DNA from: Eledone cirrhosa
Taxonomy: Eukaryota
NCBI GenBank assembly: GCA_964016885.1
Contig: OZ024742.1
Coordinates: 78,058,001-78,122,000, forward strand
Direction of reading: 5' to 3'
DNA: 64,000 bases
Shown here: one piece after another, positions 41,070-55,342 of the stretch
How the letters are laid out: the number at the start of each line of letters is the position of its first letter
Position numbering within the stretch: position 1 is the stretch's first letter
Made by a program: the position numbers and the translations under genes
Notes under the pieces: generated by a model
Database searches by the model: none
What the model was told of the DNA's origin: nothing
Seen by the model: the letters and a program-made list of their open reading frames with translations, nothing else

Positions 41070-41931
41070 TCATGAACAGGATTGACATGCGCAGTGGGCT
41101 GGGAGTGGTATCATGACTGGCAAGTGTATGATCACTCGGTTGGAATTTTCACATGACATGGTATTACTTAACTCGTCAGAAGGTAATTTCCGACATGCAC
41201 TTGATAGGTTTGATGCTGAGTGCTGCATGGCTAGAATGAAAACCAGTGCTGTCAAAACTGAGGCAATCATTCTCTCAAAAAGGTTTGCGCAGTGCACTCT
41301 ACACGTTAGTGGGGTTCCACTGAAGGAAGTAGAGAGATTCAAGTATCTCAAGACCATGTTCACAAGTGGTGGAATTAAGTGCAAGAATTGCAAGAGCTGG
41401 TGCAGTAATGCCCTAGCTTCAACATTCAATAATTAGAAGACGGTAGGTAGGTGTACAAGCCAACCTCGCTATCTTTTCGTATTCGTGTACTTAACGATGT
41501 TCATGAATCTTGGTTAATGGAGGAAATAATACGATCACGAATACAAGCGGCCGAAATGGGATTCCTCCGATGGGTTTTCGAAGTAAGGTTACACAATAGA
41601 ATTCGTAGATCAGAGTGTCGCTCCAAGTAGAGCAAGTAATTCTCCGAATTGAAAGATGACAGGTCCGATATTATGGGTAAGTAATCAAAATGTCTCAGGA
41701 AGCGATCAGTGAATAGATTTTACGGCAAAGGCAACCGACACGAGATTCAGAGGTAGACCCCAAGCAAAATGTTTGGTCTGGGCATCCAGCCAGATCATTT
41801 GGAGACGGTTGCTTCTGACAAGACCTGCTGAAAGGAGTATTTTTAAGGACTCTGTACCCCACGACCCTGAAGAAGAAGAAGAAGAAGAAGAAGAAGAAGA
41901 AGAAGAAGAAGAAGAAGAAGAAGAAGAAGAA
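41070..41931 (+). mobile_element. Decayed RTE-like LINE 3' fragment with (GAA)n tail; related fragments at about 53720-54380 and 58095-58430
   Basis: LKEVERFKYL, IQAAEMGFLR, shared end ctctg.cccacgaccct..gaagaag. Confidence 0.75.
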
Positions 41932-41950
41932 GCTATTATTATTTATATGT

Positions 41951-42148
41951 AAGGCGGTGGATTGGCAGTATCGGTAGAGGGTCGGATGCGTTGCTTTGAT
42001 GCATAGAGTTACATCCCTTGCCATTCTGAGTTCAAATCCCGCCGAGGTTAACTTTGCCTTTCATCTATACGGGGTCGATAAAATAAAGTACCAGTAATAC
42101 ACTGGGTAATTGCTGGCCTTGTGCCAAAAGTAGAAACAATTATTATTT
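41951..42148 (+). mobile_element. tRNA-derived SINE (cephalopod type, Nin-like core); 3' fragment at 56461-56519 minus
   Basis: A box TGGCAGTATCGG, B box GTTCAAATCC, core ctttgcctttcatc..ggggtcgataaa..aagtaccag, (ATT) tail. Confidence 0.8.
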
Positions 42149-44143
42149 ATATGTATTTAGGCGTCTTTGAATGTGTGCTTTGGTATATATTTGTATCTAT
42201 ACGTGAATTGTGCATAGTGTTTATTGTACATGTATATTTAACGTACTTTGTGAATTTATGTTTGCTTGTGAATAATGTATATACTAAAACGTGGGTATAC
42301 TGCAATAAAACGTGTGAGATGAAAGGGGATATTTTTTTGGTGAGGGGGAATGGAATTTAACACGTATAGGAAATAAAGAAGCAAAGGGCGAGGCTATTAA
42401 TTTCGTCGTTACACATGTTTTCTCATCACAACTGGCTAGACGATCTTCTGGCAATAACCTTATAGGTCTACATCTATGATAATATTATGTTACACTCTTT
42501 GTTATCCAATAGCGTTGATCTCAATTTTGAAAGCATGACTTTGATATTTTTTATTTGATGCATATAAAACCCAGAGGTGTTTGTGAATCGGTAGTAATAC
42601 AATACAGTCTGGTTATATGCTTTAGTCGTAAAAGTAACGTGAACCAACTACAATTACAAAAAATCATGAAGTAACTTAACTGTGCTGAGAAAAATAATGA
42701 ATATTTGCTTTTATTAATTCGTACTCATGCAAATATGTTAAAATACTGATAAAAGTTAAGGCTAAATCTTTTTCCATATTCTCTTGAAAAAACACTGTTT
42801 ATAATTTTCATTTATTCATGAAAATAATCATTTGGAGGGATTTAGCAATATAACAAACGTTCTCAAGTTGGTGTTTGGAGCAACGATTCTTGCATAAATC
42901 TTTGCAGGAATTTTTTTTAGATAAATATTAAATATTGTAGAACCAGCACCTGTATTTCCGCAGTTTGATACCAGAAATATTAAGCAGAGAATATTTCGTT
43001 TTGTTTTGCATATACTTTTAGCATATGGTTCTTTTGTTGTTGTTTTTTTATTTCTTTAGTGGGTAGTTTCAAATACCGTCAAATGCTGTGGAGTCCTTCA
43101 CAATTTCTTTAATGTACAATTAAAGTTTAAACCATTTAAACAAACTTTACTTTTATTCTGTCAACTATATTTTACAAAAGAAGTTATACAATGATGGAAA
43201 TATGAAAAATAAAGATAAAAACAAAATTAAGTAATGAAACATTGGTTTATGGCGTAAATATGGGCTGATCTGGCTGTATGGGAAAGTAGAGGAAAGGACC
43301 ATAAATGCCATAAATGAGAGGAAATGGAGGGAAAAATCAAGTAGACTTGGGCCATGGAAGAAAGGGTGAAGGGTTCTATGGGTTCTATGCCTAGGGTGGG
43401 TGGTGTTTCGGCTGCGACCAAAGACAAAATTGCAAAGGCGTTTACACGGACGATAGCCAGTGACACCCGCTGCAACAGCCACTCCACCTCACGGGACTCT
43501 TTCCACAGACGGGCTGCTGATCTTCTGATTTATTATATCTGTACGCGATAAAAATGTACTAGTAATATGTATTTCAGTGATTCTTGAGCTAATTAATGGC
43601 TTTGTAACGAATGAAAAATGAATTTTAACTATCTTACGTAGATCACTGAATCCCAGCAGCTGTAATGACACAAACTAAATTTCTTGTATTCAACTTCTTT
43701 ACGTTGTGGGCTTAAATGTTACTGTTCCCGATCTTTAGTAAGCCCTAGATCGATAAAATGATTACTTGATAATGTAGTCCAAATCTAGGCTGGTAGTGAT
43801 AGGATAAAAATGTTGAGAAAGTAATTTGTACTATACCGATCTTGCCTTAATTTATTTGTTTAGTGGCTTTTTTGTTGTTTTGTAGATGATAAAGTGTGTT
43901 CTATTTCAAAGCGACTGGACTTTGCTTAGAGATGATTCTGCTATATCTGTCCGCCAAACAGACGTATATGAATTAACTTGTTGGCTTAAATAGTACCACT
44001 TAATTAGTAAAGTGTTGCCTGTAAACTGACTAACATCCTCCGTCACAATGTATTTTCCTGTACATATGTTAAATACCGTAATTACATGCTGTTGATGTGA
44101 TAATAAGGTTAGCCACTACACCAAAGTAAATCAATTACAGTAG

Positions 44144-44313
44144 TTAACTTATAACAGTCGATTGCATGATCTCAAGTTCGATTTTCTCTATAATTTTGCC
44201 AGATTCGATAAAATATTTTAAACATCGGTCTTCCTCATCCACGATCCTTCTGTGAGGAATGTGATACTGTGAGTGGTACACCATAACACTTTCGCAATGC
44301 GGCGTATCCGATT
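44144..44313 (-). CDS. Putative terminal coding exon of an unidentified host gene
   Basis: Acceptor tctctctcag. Open frame SDTPHCESVMVYHSQYHIPHRRIVDEEDRCLKYFIESGKIIEKIELEIMQSTVIS* in apparently unique sequence. Confidence 0.4.
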
Positions 44314-44523
44314 CTGAGAGAGACGAATCGTTCTTAACACTTGATTGCTATTTTATTTATTGATATTCAATAGAAGCAAAGTAAAAATAACTCGGTAGAA
44401 TCTGACCTCAGAAAGCAATAGACCAAAGCAATTACTTCTGTTAATCTGATAATTGACTGTCTTAAATACGATAAACAATCGAGATCGAGTATATCTAAGT
44501 ATCACCATATGCCTTTTACTCAC

Positions 44524-44600
44524 GGTTTTCAGGGGTGCATGTAGTCATGAGCAGACAGAGACCCTCTCTTAAACTTCTCACTCTCGGCTCAGGAGAAATT
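44524..44600 (-). CDS. Putative internal exon of the same host gene
   Basis: Long pyrimidine tract ending ttttag, donor GTGAGT, frame ISPEPRVRSLREGLCLLMTTCTPEN. Phase-compatible with 44144-44313. Confidence 0.4.
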
Positions 44601-46140
44601 CTAAAACATAAGAGATGAAAAGATAGAGGAGGAAACGGTGAATGCAAACTCGAGGTCAACTCTGTGATTTGGGCCCTGAACGGAAATAACCAAAGCAAAT
44701 CCTGAAAGGGATTTTGCAAGAATCTTTAACGATTTAATATATACGAACAGTATACTAAAATATATCTATTTCTATCAAAAAGGCAAGGTCCCACATTTCG
44801 TTGTAAAGTATAATATATTTCATTGACTATACCCATTATGTGAGACTAAAAACAGCCCATACATTGGAACTCTGGTAGCCTTTAGCATCCATTGTCTCTA
44901 AAGTAATATGTCCTTTCCAACAAAATATGTAGATGACATTATTGGTTTGGTACTGTTTTATTAGCAAGTAGTAACCTGGCTGGTTTTCGTCGGTTTCCAT
45001 TTGTTGATATAAAGAAAAAAATGTCAAGGATGACTGACAAAGGAATTACGAGGCGTGAGTTTCAGAAAGATGATCTTGAGGAAATATATATTTGATAGAA
45101 CATAAAACGCAAAGAGATGCATCAATTTTGCTGAGGATATTAAAGGCAATATAATCTGTGGAATGATTTGAACACAGAACAGACAGGGATATTAAATAAA
45201 TATTTCGCGGTTCAGTCACGCCCTCGGGTTTAAAGTAATTACCAGATAAGATAGATAGCTCTAACATGTCTATATATTTACCATATTGTTCGCAGCTAAA
45301 CGTCTCGGACAAATGCATTTTGATGTGATGGTTATTATATAATGGAGAAAACGCTTCCTTAAAAATAAACAACACAATATGATGCCAAATTTTCAAAAAG
45401 AATTTGTATAAGGAAATAATTGCATACAGTCTTCACAACTTGTATATTTTCCAAGAGAAGAAAACTACAAACACAAACAATCAAACGAACGAAGAAGAAA
45501 ATGTAAATTAAACATTCCAAACTCAAGATCAAAGGAACGTCCAAATGTTATAGCTGCAAGAAAAATTCATCTAAGTATCTGAATTTGAAATTAAATGTAA
45601 AATGGGGAAAATATGTAAACTAACCAACATTTTCTACGACATCGATATACTAATAACAAAAGAGGAAAACTAGCTAGAACGATTATGTTTAGGAATTTAG
45701 TTACACCGAATAGACAAAATATTCTTATAGACTGTACAGGCAAAAGTGTATAAAGCGTTTGCTGTTAAGCTATATTGTTATTATGAAGGATTTCAGGAAA
45801 GTATTCCTTTTTCGAATATATAAAACTATTTAAAATTCAAATTTAACAAGATAATGCATAGACGTTTTTCTTCAATATTTCTTCAATATTCTCCTAGATT
45901 TACCGTGTGTAAACCCTTAAATCGTGTTAGAAATATAGTTAAACCAATATATAAAGTTCATTAAACTATTCAACTTCCTATATAACTCGCTTTCTCTCTC
46001 TCACTTAAAGTCTCTTAAGCCATCTATCTATGCATATTTTTATCTTTCCCTCTTTCTCTGTGCATGTATATATATATATATATATAATAGAAAAAAGGAG
46101 GAAGTTTCGTTTACATATGAAAAATATTTATTGCGTATCG

Positions 46141-46216
46141 AACGTTTCGCAGAGCATTGGCTCAAGGTAACTCATAGGAGTTATGGACCCGACTCCAGTA
46201 TCGATCTGCTCTTCAG
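46141..46216 (-). ncRNA. Possible minimal hammerhead with very long stem II
   Basis: CTGAAGA-gcaga...(about 50 nt)...tctgc-GAAA-CG-TT. Stem I is poor. Confidence 0.45.
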
Positions 46217-46565
46217 ATTGATGATGCGACAAAAGAGAGTGAGAGAGAATAGAAAACGAAATATCTAATGATTTCGGAGCATATGCTCCGAAATCCTTAG
46301 ACGTGTCTGTGGAGCCTGCGGGTCGAGAATCAGACTGATCCACACAATTATCGCGTCACGAGCTGTCCGCCGGCGAAATAATCGTAGCACAAATAAATTG
46401 AGTTCAGATGCATCACTGATTTTTGGTTTTCTATTCTATCGTACTCTGCTCTGCAAGAGCATAGAGTGCTCTACCGGCATACCGCCTATGGAAGCATCTT
46501 AGCTACCATACGACACATATATATATAATAATAATAATATTAATAATAATAATAATAATAATAAT

Positions 46566-49500
46566 GCTTTCTTTATTAACCACAAGGGTTTACATAAAGT
46601 AGATATTAAGGACAGTACAGGACAATACAGGACGACACAAATGGGCATTTCTGCGTGTAAAAAACAAAAGCAGAGGATGTAACAAAAAAAATAACAATGA
46701 CAGATTCCCCAATAGGGGGGAGACTTCCGAGGGACATTCGTGGAGAAAGCCCATTAAAAAGCCACAGTGACCCTTACAAACAGGGCAAGTGCCCTCTCCC
46801 AGTTTTCCACCTCTAATTTACAGACACATACACAGAGTAGGCCCATTCACTCGGGCCATTCTTGCCTCTCTCACCCATCTTTAAACAAAATGCTGGGAAG
46901 AGAGCACTTCCCACTCTACCCTGATTTTCCTTTTCAAATGAAATTTGAAAAAGTTAATCAGGGCATCACCGAAGAGGTAAGTGCTCGTCTTCAGCCCTTT
47001 CAAACGTGTCCACCATACGTGCAGGACGGTTTCGTCGTCCTGTGCGTATCTCGGACATGCCCGGCTGACGGCACCTCCATGCCTGTAGAGTTTATCCCGA
47101 ACTGGCAAAGCTCCTCGGTAGCACTGCCAAGCCAGGGATTTCTGGAAGTTGTCCATAGGCCCCGGCCCGAAAGTTCTTCTGAAGAGATTGGCTAGTTGAT
47201 TTTCGTCGACGCCTAGAGTTTCCCCAAGTACGTCGTCGCTCTTCCCCTCAACTAATCCTCTAAAGAACGCCAAGGTGGAGTTTCTACCGATCACATTGCC
47301 CGATTGGTCGAAGTCTGTGAGCGCCTGAAGACATTCCAGTCTCCAAGCGCTCACTCTCGGTCTTCGCTTGACCCAGGACTGAAGCTCCGTCAAGGAGAGT
47401 AGCTGGGGAAAGACGCGTCTAGCAAACGGCGACCACACCTGATCACCGTCGAGAAAGAGGTGGAGATGTCGTAGCCTGATCGCGTGTCTGCGCATCATCA
47501 GCCACGGCATGCCCAGCCCTCCACGTAGCGGGTGTTGACAGCAGATGGACCGCCTGACCATCGGAGCGCGTCCCTTCCACAAAAAGCGAAAGAGCAAACG
47601 CTCCAATGCAGTCAGGCGGGGCTTAGGACAAGGTACGACGGTCAGGTGTTAGTAGATGACGGACGCAATGTACGCGTTAGCCACCTCGGCTCGACCTTTC
47701 AGCGATAGCTTCCACTCCGCCCAGTTTTTGTCCGTCTGGAGGTCCGGGCCGAACTAGACCCCTAGCAATTTAACCGGTCCGTCCGTCCAGCGCCCGACGA
47801 CGCTGTTGGACGGCATGGACCTCCCTCTCCAGATGCCGGGCTACAGGCCCACTGACATTTCCTGGTTGATCATTGCTCCTGTCAGCGCTTCGTATTCTCT
47901 TAGTGTAGTGCCGATCGCCTCGATGTGTTTGGCGGTCGACACCACTACGGTGACATCGTCCGCATATGCTGACACGGATCTTCCGCATCCTAGTTCGCGC
48001 AGGATCCCCCTCAACGTCTCCAGTTTCTGCAGTAATGGCTCGAGAGTCAATACGTACAAGAGGGACGAGAGGAGACATCCTTGGCGGACCGAGCGCATGA
48101 TGTTGAACGGTTCCGAAAGGTGACCGTTCACTCACACCACAGAGATGATGGCAGCGATCCAGCCTCTGAAGACGGGCCCAAAGCCCCCCGCCCTCAGGAG
48201 TGCCGCCAAGTAACGATGGTCGAACCTATCAAAAGCTTTCGACTGATCTAAATTGATCAAGGACCCACCTGTGCCAGGTTCCCTAGCTACCCTCTCCACG
48301 ATGTATCGCATGAGGTGGAGGTTGTCGTGGATGGATCTGTCAGGAATGGTGCATGTCTGCGCATCTCCCACCAGACCACCAACAACAAGCGCCAACCTCT
48401 TTGCTAGCACCTTGGCCAAAATCTAACTCTGTGTTTAGCAGTTATGGGCCTGAAATTATCTATGTTATCCCCCTTGTACGGATCATTTCTCAGCAGCGCC
48501 ACCGCTCCTCGGCTCACGGATCTGGGAATTCTCCCATTCTATTTCCAGTTGCAATAGACGTCCGCGAAGAGGCCGCTAAACAAGTCTGGCACCTGTACGT
48601 AAAGTTCATAGGGCAGACCATCCAAACCAGGCGAGTTACCCCTTGTGCAGCCAGTCATTGCCTCCCGTACTTCAGCGATTGTTATCGGCTTTTCGCAACA
48701 CTCCGCCTCAGTGGCCGAGAGCCGCAGCAGTCCGTCGAGGTAGACACTAAAGTCCATCCCTCGACCCGGCCCACCGCTGCCCCGAACAGCTGAGCGAAGT
48801 GTCGCTGAAAAGCTTCAAACATTTGCCCGGGATCGAGTAGCATGCGCCCGTCGTGGTCCACCAAAGACCGGATCGTGGCTTTGTTGCCACGACGCGCCTC
48901 CGCCACTCAGGCCCATTGAACGGCTTTCGTCCCCTCGTGTCTGAGAGTACGCACCCTTGCTCTGACAACGCAGCCTTCGTGCTTTGCATTGAAGAATTGG
49001 TCAAGGGCCAATTTAGCCGCAAGTACGTCGGTCGCGATTCCTTTGCTAAGCGCTTCGTCTAATTTTCTAACTAGTTCTCCCTCTGCTCCATTTTTCTCTA
49101 TAGCTAAAGCCTTACTAAACCTAATGGACTCTATTCTAATCGCTCTTTTTCAGAGCAAATCACCACTTGTTGTTGACGATGGCCCCCGTCAATGCCTGCT
49201 TAACTAGTTTGCTAATCCGGTCTCTGTGGGCCTTGCGCGCTGGTAAGGACGCGTTTAGCTTCCAGTAGCCGGGTCCTTGTCTATGAAGCCTATCTAAGTC
49301 AAGCACACAGATCACGAATTTGTGGTCCGTGTAGCTGACTATCTTGAATTGTGGACAGCCTATGCTAGACCTATCTATTTCCCTACAAGATACTCTATCT
49401 AGATATGATCTGGATGACCCGATGCGGTTTGTCTAGTCCACATTGTCACATTCGGGAAATTCAATCGGTACCTGTCAGATAGTTCAAAAACGCCTGAGCA

Positions 49501-52113
49501 GGTTGGTGAGGCTCTTGCACCCTCCTCCCCTATCTGCTAATCCCACACAGTCCCAGCGTGCATCTAAGATCCCGTTCTAGTCGCCCACAAACACTAAAGA
49601 GCGGGACGTTCCAAGAAAGGTCTCCAGACGCCGGAAGAAATCAGGCCGCGCTGCTCCTGTCGGGGCATAGACGGCCACTAGCCTGAAAGCTTGCCCGTCT
49701 CCGCTGGTCATGTCCAGCACCACTAACTTACCTTCTGGGTCCAGGAAGATGGCCCGTATGGCGAGATCCAAGCCTCTCCGAAAAAGCACAGCAACTCCTC
49801 CCCAATCCAGGACGGCTGGGAGATGCGTACACATCGTAGCCACCGAAGATCGGTGCGAAGGCCCGTGCTTCGGAGATTCTGGTTTCGCTGATGGCCATCT
49901 ATGTTTAGTGACCTGAGGTCGTTGAGCAGGTGGTCCTGCTTCCATGACGACCCCAAGCCACGCGCATTTATGCTGCCTATTCTGAGTGAGGTCATGTTAA
50001 AAAGGAGTGGAAGAGATGGGAAAGACCACTTACCTTACTTCTCGTAGAGGAAAGATAGTTTCTCCATCCTTTTCACTGCTTGTGGCCTCCTCCGGAAGGA
50101 TGTCCTTATAAATCCTCCTGGAGAGTGTTTGTCGGAAGTCTCCGATATCTTTGGGGAATTTTTGTTTTAGTGTCGTGTACGCTTTCTGTGTGATGCGAGT
50201 GATGTGCATGTGTGGAGGCGGTGTGAACTTTTGGGGTATTGTGTAGTCTTTTTCTGTGATGCCGGTGTTGTGTTGGATGTAGTGTAATAATTGGTTGTTG
50301 TTCAAATTTAATGCTGTGTAGTGTGTATCGTTTTGGTTGTTTGGTTTTGTTTGCGTTTGTTTTGGGTTTGTTTCTGTTTCGCTTTTTGGTGACTTTTGTG
50401 GTGTTGGTGATGGTGTTGGTGTTTGTGGTGATGGGGTTGGTGATGCTGGTCTGTATAGTGGCATAGCTGTCCTAAGTTTTTTGTTTGTTAGTTTATTTGT
50501 TTCCCCCTGTATTTTGTTTTTGGAAGGGGAAGGAAGAGGATTTTTTTCTTTTTGGGGTTCTTTTTCTTTTTTTCCTTTTTTGATACAGTTTCCCTCCTCC
50601 TCGTGGTCACAATCTATCTCCAGTTGCGATCGATCGGGGAGTGGCAAATCCTCCACAGGCGTTGGTTTTGGTTGTGGCGTGGTGGAGGGTGTAGGCGCTG
50701 GTGCTAGTTCTGGTGGGGTGGGTGGTGGTGGTGGTTTTGCTACTGTTGCTGGGGTTGTTGCTGCCATTTCTGCTGCTGGTGGTGTTGATGGTTGAGTCAC
50801 TGGGGTGGGTAAGAGAGGTGGCCTCAACTTTTAAGCCTGAGGGTAGAAAGCCTTTAGGTGGGGTCCTTCATCACAAACGACACACCTAGGCCTTCTACCC
50901 TCGACGATTACGCTGAGCTGGCTGCCGTCAGTGAGGTCTATCACCTGTGGGATTTCCTCAATGCATTTCTGGTCCGCTTGGATCAGGAGCTCCATCCCAG
51001 ATCCGGACCAGTTCTCCTGCTTTTCTTTTGTTATTTCGATTATTTTAGTGTTGGCCTCGATGCCGGCGAGGACGGCAGCCATTATCCAGGGAATTTCGAT
51101 GGCCGGTGGAACGTGGGTCACCCTGATCTTCACGAGTCTCTGTCCACAATAGCTTGGGACGAGTGTGAAGTCGTCGCTTCTTAATGGGGCCATGGAGTGC
51201 TCTCTGGGGCCTCCTGTGGTGTTCCAAAGAACACGTCCACGGTTCCATATTTCTGCCCACGTCTAATGTGGGGTTTTTTCGCCCACAAAGACAAAAAGCT
51301 TTGGGACTCGGATGCCCGTTCCACTCGGCGTGATTTTGTGTTAATCGTCCGATAAGACACGGTACATAGGCGCCGATGCCCCATTTTATTAGGTGGGGGG
51401 GCTGACCCTGTACCCCTCTTTCTTTACCATTCTCTTGGCTTCATGTAATTCATTCTGCGGTGGTGTTGATGTTTTTGTTGTTATTCTCATTGCTGTTGTT
51501 GCTGTTGTTGTTGTTGATATTTTTAGTTTCAGTTGTGGTGGATGTGGTGGTGGTGTCAGTGGTGTTCGGCGTGGAAGGTCGATTTTTTTTTGTTTTATGT
51601 TGTCGCTGTGGTGGTGGTGGTGGTGGTGGTGGTGGTGGTGGTGGTGGTGGTGGTGGTGGTGGTGGTATCAGTGGTGTTCGTTGTTGTTTTTAACATTGTG
51701 GCGGTGGGGGTGGCGGCTTTAATACCTGCAGTTATTGGTAATGGCGGGAAATCCATGTCTTTATGCGGCAATTCTAAATCATTCAGACTGCTATTAATTA
51801 TATTTTCAGTGGGTACCGTGGCAAGGCTTTACAATGGTGTTGGTTTTTTTTTTTTTGGGGGGGGGGGGGGGGGTGATAAAAACAGTAAATTTGTCGTCCA
51901 TGTTTTTTTTCAAAGAAATATTTTGTTTGATAAATAAAAGGTTTAAGTTTTGGGCTCAAGGCCCCAATATTTTTTGTGTCCTTTTCAGAAAGCAATATAT
52001 GTGAACTTATAAACACTTAACAACAAAAATGTTCCTAACTGGTAATTTGAAACAACTGAAAACAACAAACCTTTGCAGAGCTCACGATAATACGATTTCC
52101 TACGTAGGTCGCC
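46566..52113 (-). mobile_element. Near-full-length Tx1/L1-clade LINE, copy B, in (TAA)n; ORF1 about 50030-51590 and ORF2 46818-49995, both disrupted
   Basis: Collinear with copy A and has the same termini. (TAA)n at 46525-46565 and 52114-52150. Confidence 0.92.
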
Positions 52114-52147
<34 letters not shown>

Positions 52148-53024
52148 TAACAAGATAGGTATTATTCCTTTATATTTAATTTTTAAATGGTTTTCTATTC
52201 TCTTTAAAAAATCTACACTATACGACTAAATAAGTTAACTAATTTCTTTCTCCGTTATTTTCTCCATTATTCTCTGATTATTCTTTTCTCTCTTACAATC
52301 TCCCTTTGGTATAATGTTTTATCTACTTTAAATTTAGGTTGTATCTAAATAAATTAAACTTAATAGACATTGATAAATTCGGCTATAAAGCATACATTTT
52401 TTTCTTTCCTAAAAATTATGCAAAATTTTAATACCATTTAAATTATAATAAAGTAAGGTCTTCGGGACTGCGTACGATTGATTTCTTTTAATCCAGTTAA
52501 TAAAATAAGTTGGATTACTTTGAATAAATAATGAATGAATATTACATAATTTATGTCCAAAATTTCGAAACTAAATTTCGTAAACATAAATAATTTAAAA
52601 TTGACTTCTTTTCAAAATTGCACTTCCGGTAAATCGTCGCCACCTCCACCACTTCAACTACCGTATATAAAGAGAGAGAGTGTGTGATGTCGCGTATGAG
52701 TGTGTACATACATACATCTATATGTATGAGTATATTACTATTATTAGTATGTAACTATAATCGCGCAAACATAAACTTATAAAAATATACGCTCTCGGAC
52801 ATTCATGCAAATACACATACATTCACACATACTTTCACACAAACATACATACATTTACACAAACACATATGCAGTCATGATAGCGTTCGGTGAAGTGGAA
52901 ATGGGAGGGTAAAACAAGTATAACGGTATATTTATTCATTAACTCTTTATTTATTAACTCTTTATTTATTTATTAACTCTTTTTTTTAAACTCATTTAAT
53001 ATAATGGTTACAGAACGAAAACAC

Positions 53025-53550
53025 TAAGACCACATAAAACAAAATGCAGACGAAAGAGTGCAAAAACGAGCCGCTACCAGAGCAACAGATAACAATATAG
53101 CGAAGAGCAGTGAGGCAGGCCAGCACGCTCCAGCGTTACCTGAGGTGATGGCGACGCTGAGGTGCTGGAACAACCAAGTGCCCTCGCGAGCATCACCAGA
53201 TACCTCTGTTTGGCGAGCCGCTAGTGAAGATAAGAATATCGCTGTCAGTAGCCCGACTTCCCCAAACGTCTCGAACGCCACAGGCTGTATAATGTAGTTA
53301 GCTGACAGAACACGGTATTTTAGGATTTTGTTCCGTTCAGCTGCGGATGCTGTAGCTCTCGCCCTTACCGCTGCATCCAGAGTGTGGGAAGAAGCAAAAG
53401 ACTCACTAACTGTGACGTCCCAGGTAAGGCAACTGCCTCTTGACCAGGAGCACAGAGTAAGACCGTCAAGTCTTTTCCCATCAATTCTGGACAATCCAGA
53501 TGGTTCCAAAATTGAGGGGTTGTTTGACAGAGCTAAAGCTCTTAAGTTGT
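53025..53550 (-). mobile_element. 3' end of a CRE-clade non-LTR retrotransposon (restriction-like endonuclease)
   Basis: LEPSGLSRIDGKRLDGLT..W..G..LTWDVTV, AAERNKILKY, PVAFETFG, LFQHLSVAI..GNA. Confidence 0.8.
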
Positions 53551-55254
53551 AATAGGACAGTGTGTGTATGTGCACGCGCGAGAGTTTGACGGCGTTCTTA
53601 AATTAGAGACACGTGTGTGTGTGTCACTGTTTTTAAGTTAGACATATATATATGTGTATCCCTTTCCTTCCTTTTACACAAACACACATACACATTGCGT
53701 GATGGAATGGTGGACAGAAGTCCCTCAAATTTATATACATGTGAATAGAGTTCTACTGAAGCAGTTAGAGAAATTCAAGAATCTTGGAGCCGTATTCATG
53801 AGTGATGGAATGCAGGGGGCTGAATTAAGTGCAAGAATTGCAAAAGCCGATGCAGTAATGCGCCAGCCTCAGCAATCAGATGAAGGGGGTAGGTGTAAAA
53901 GCCAAACTCGCTATCTTCCTGGTATTCCTGCCAACTCTTACCGAGGATCATGAATCTTGAGTAATGACAAAAAGAATACAATTGCAAATAAAAGTGGCAG
54001 AAATGGGATTCCTCCGAAGAGTCTTTGGAGTAACGTTACTCGATAAAGTGCATAACTCAGAGATCAGAGAGTCACTCCTGGTAGAGCCGCTACTTCTCCT
54101 AATTGAGAGATCACGACTCCGATATTATGAACATGTGGTTAGAATGTCTCAGTAAAGAATCGCTGGACACATTTTACAGGCAAAACCAACCGACAAGAGA
54201 CCCAGAGGTAGACCCTGAGCAAGCTAGTTGGATAGCATCCATGAGCTTGGCTGGTCACGCTTTGGGAACCAGCTGGATCAGTTAGAGATGTTTGCTATTG
54301 ACGGACTCACTGGAAGTAGTGTTTGAGAAGGACTCTGCCCCCACGACCCTCTCAGATATAAGTGGGTGAAGAAGAAGATATTGTCAATTTACCTTTCAAT
54401 TTACATATATCTATATTCATATATATTTGCGTATAATACGAATAAGCACACTATAAATGCTAGCAGAAAACCGCCTGGGGGCTGTTTTTCTGCTAGTCTA
54501 CTTAAATAACATTGTTGAATTGATAATGTTTAACATAGATAATTATCTCCCTTCTTTTAAAATAAAAAAATGTATCACGTAATATTAAAGCATACTTAAC
54601 AATATGTTTAAAAAAAAAGAAGAAAATATTAAAAAAACATACCAACTATTAAATACTTTTCTATTCAAAAATTTCAATATCTAAGTATACATAAACAATG
54701 ATAGCTTACCTGCAATTTCTATTATCCAAATTCTTTCCCCTTTATTATTATATCCTCATAATACTTTTGATTTAATACCTATCTATAATGATCATAAGCT
54801 AAATAAAGAATGAATAACGGTCATTTTTTTTTGGGGGGGGGGGCAATCTAATTACGCTATATTTTAAATAAGTTATGAAACGTTTTAACCAACTGTAATG
54901 CTTACCCCCAATCACGTAATCCCCTTATGTGCTGAGGTTTTCTGGTCATATCGGTCACCGATCTGTCCAGTTCGTTTATCTACCAGCATATCAGGAAAAC
55001 ATTATACATTTTCTATGTATTTTGTCTGAGGAGGACATGTTTTGATTTGTGTTATACATAAAACTTTACAACTTCGAAATATAGATAATGAAGTAAATAG
55101 GGATGATATAAAGTATATATATTTTGTTTATTTCTATTATTATAATAATAATACTCCGGATAAATGTTACCGTTGAGTGCATCTGTTATCTATAAGAACG
55201 AGTTGATCACAAATCAACTAACTCTTCTTTCATTGATTGATATACATATATATG

Positions 55255-55342
<88 letters not shown>

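Noticed and set aside
41951-42050. tRNA gene
   Set aside because: A and B boxes are present but there is no cloverleaf, and the sequence continues into a SINE core and tail.
43165-43551. GC-richer ORFs as a host exon
   Set aside because: No recognisable motif or convincing splice pair; possibly an old LINE fragment.
54709-54800. Exon ending at a strong CAG|GTAAGC donor on the minus strand
   Set aside because: All frames from the plausible acceptors contain stops; it could only be non-coding or decayed.
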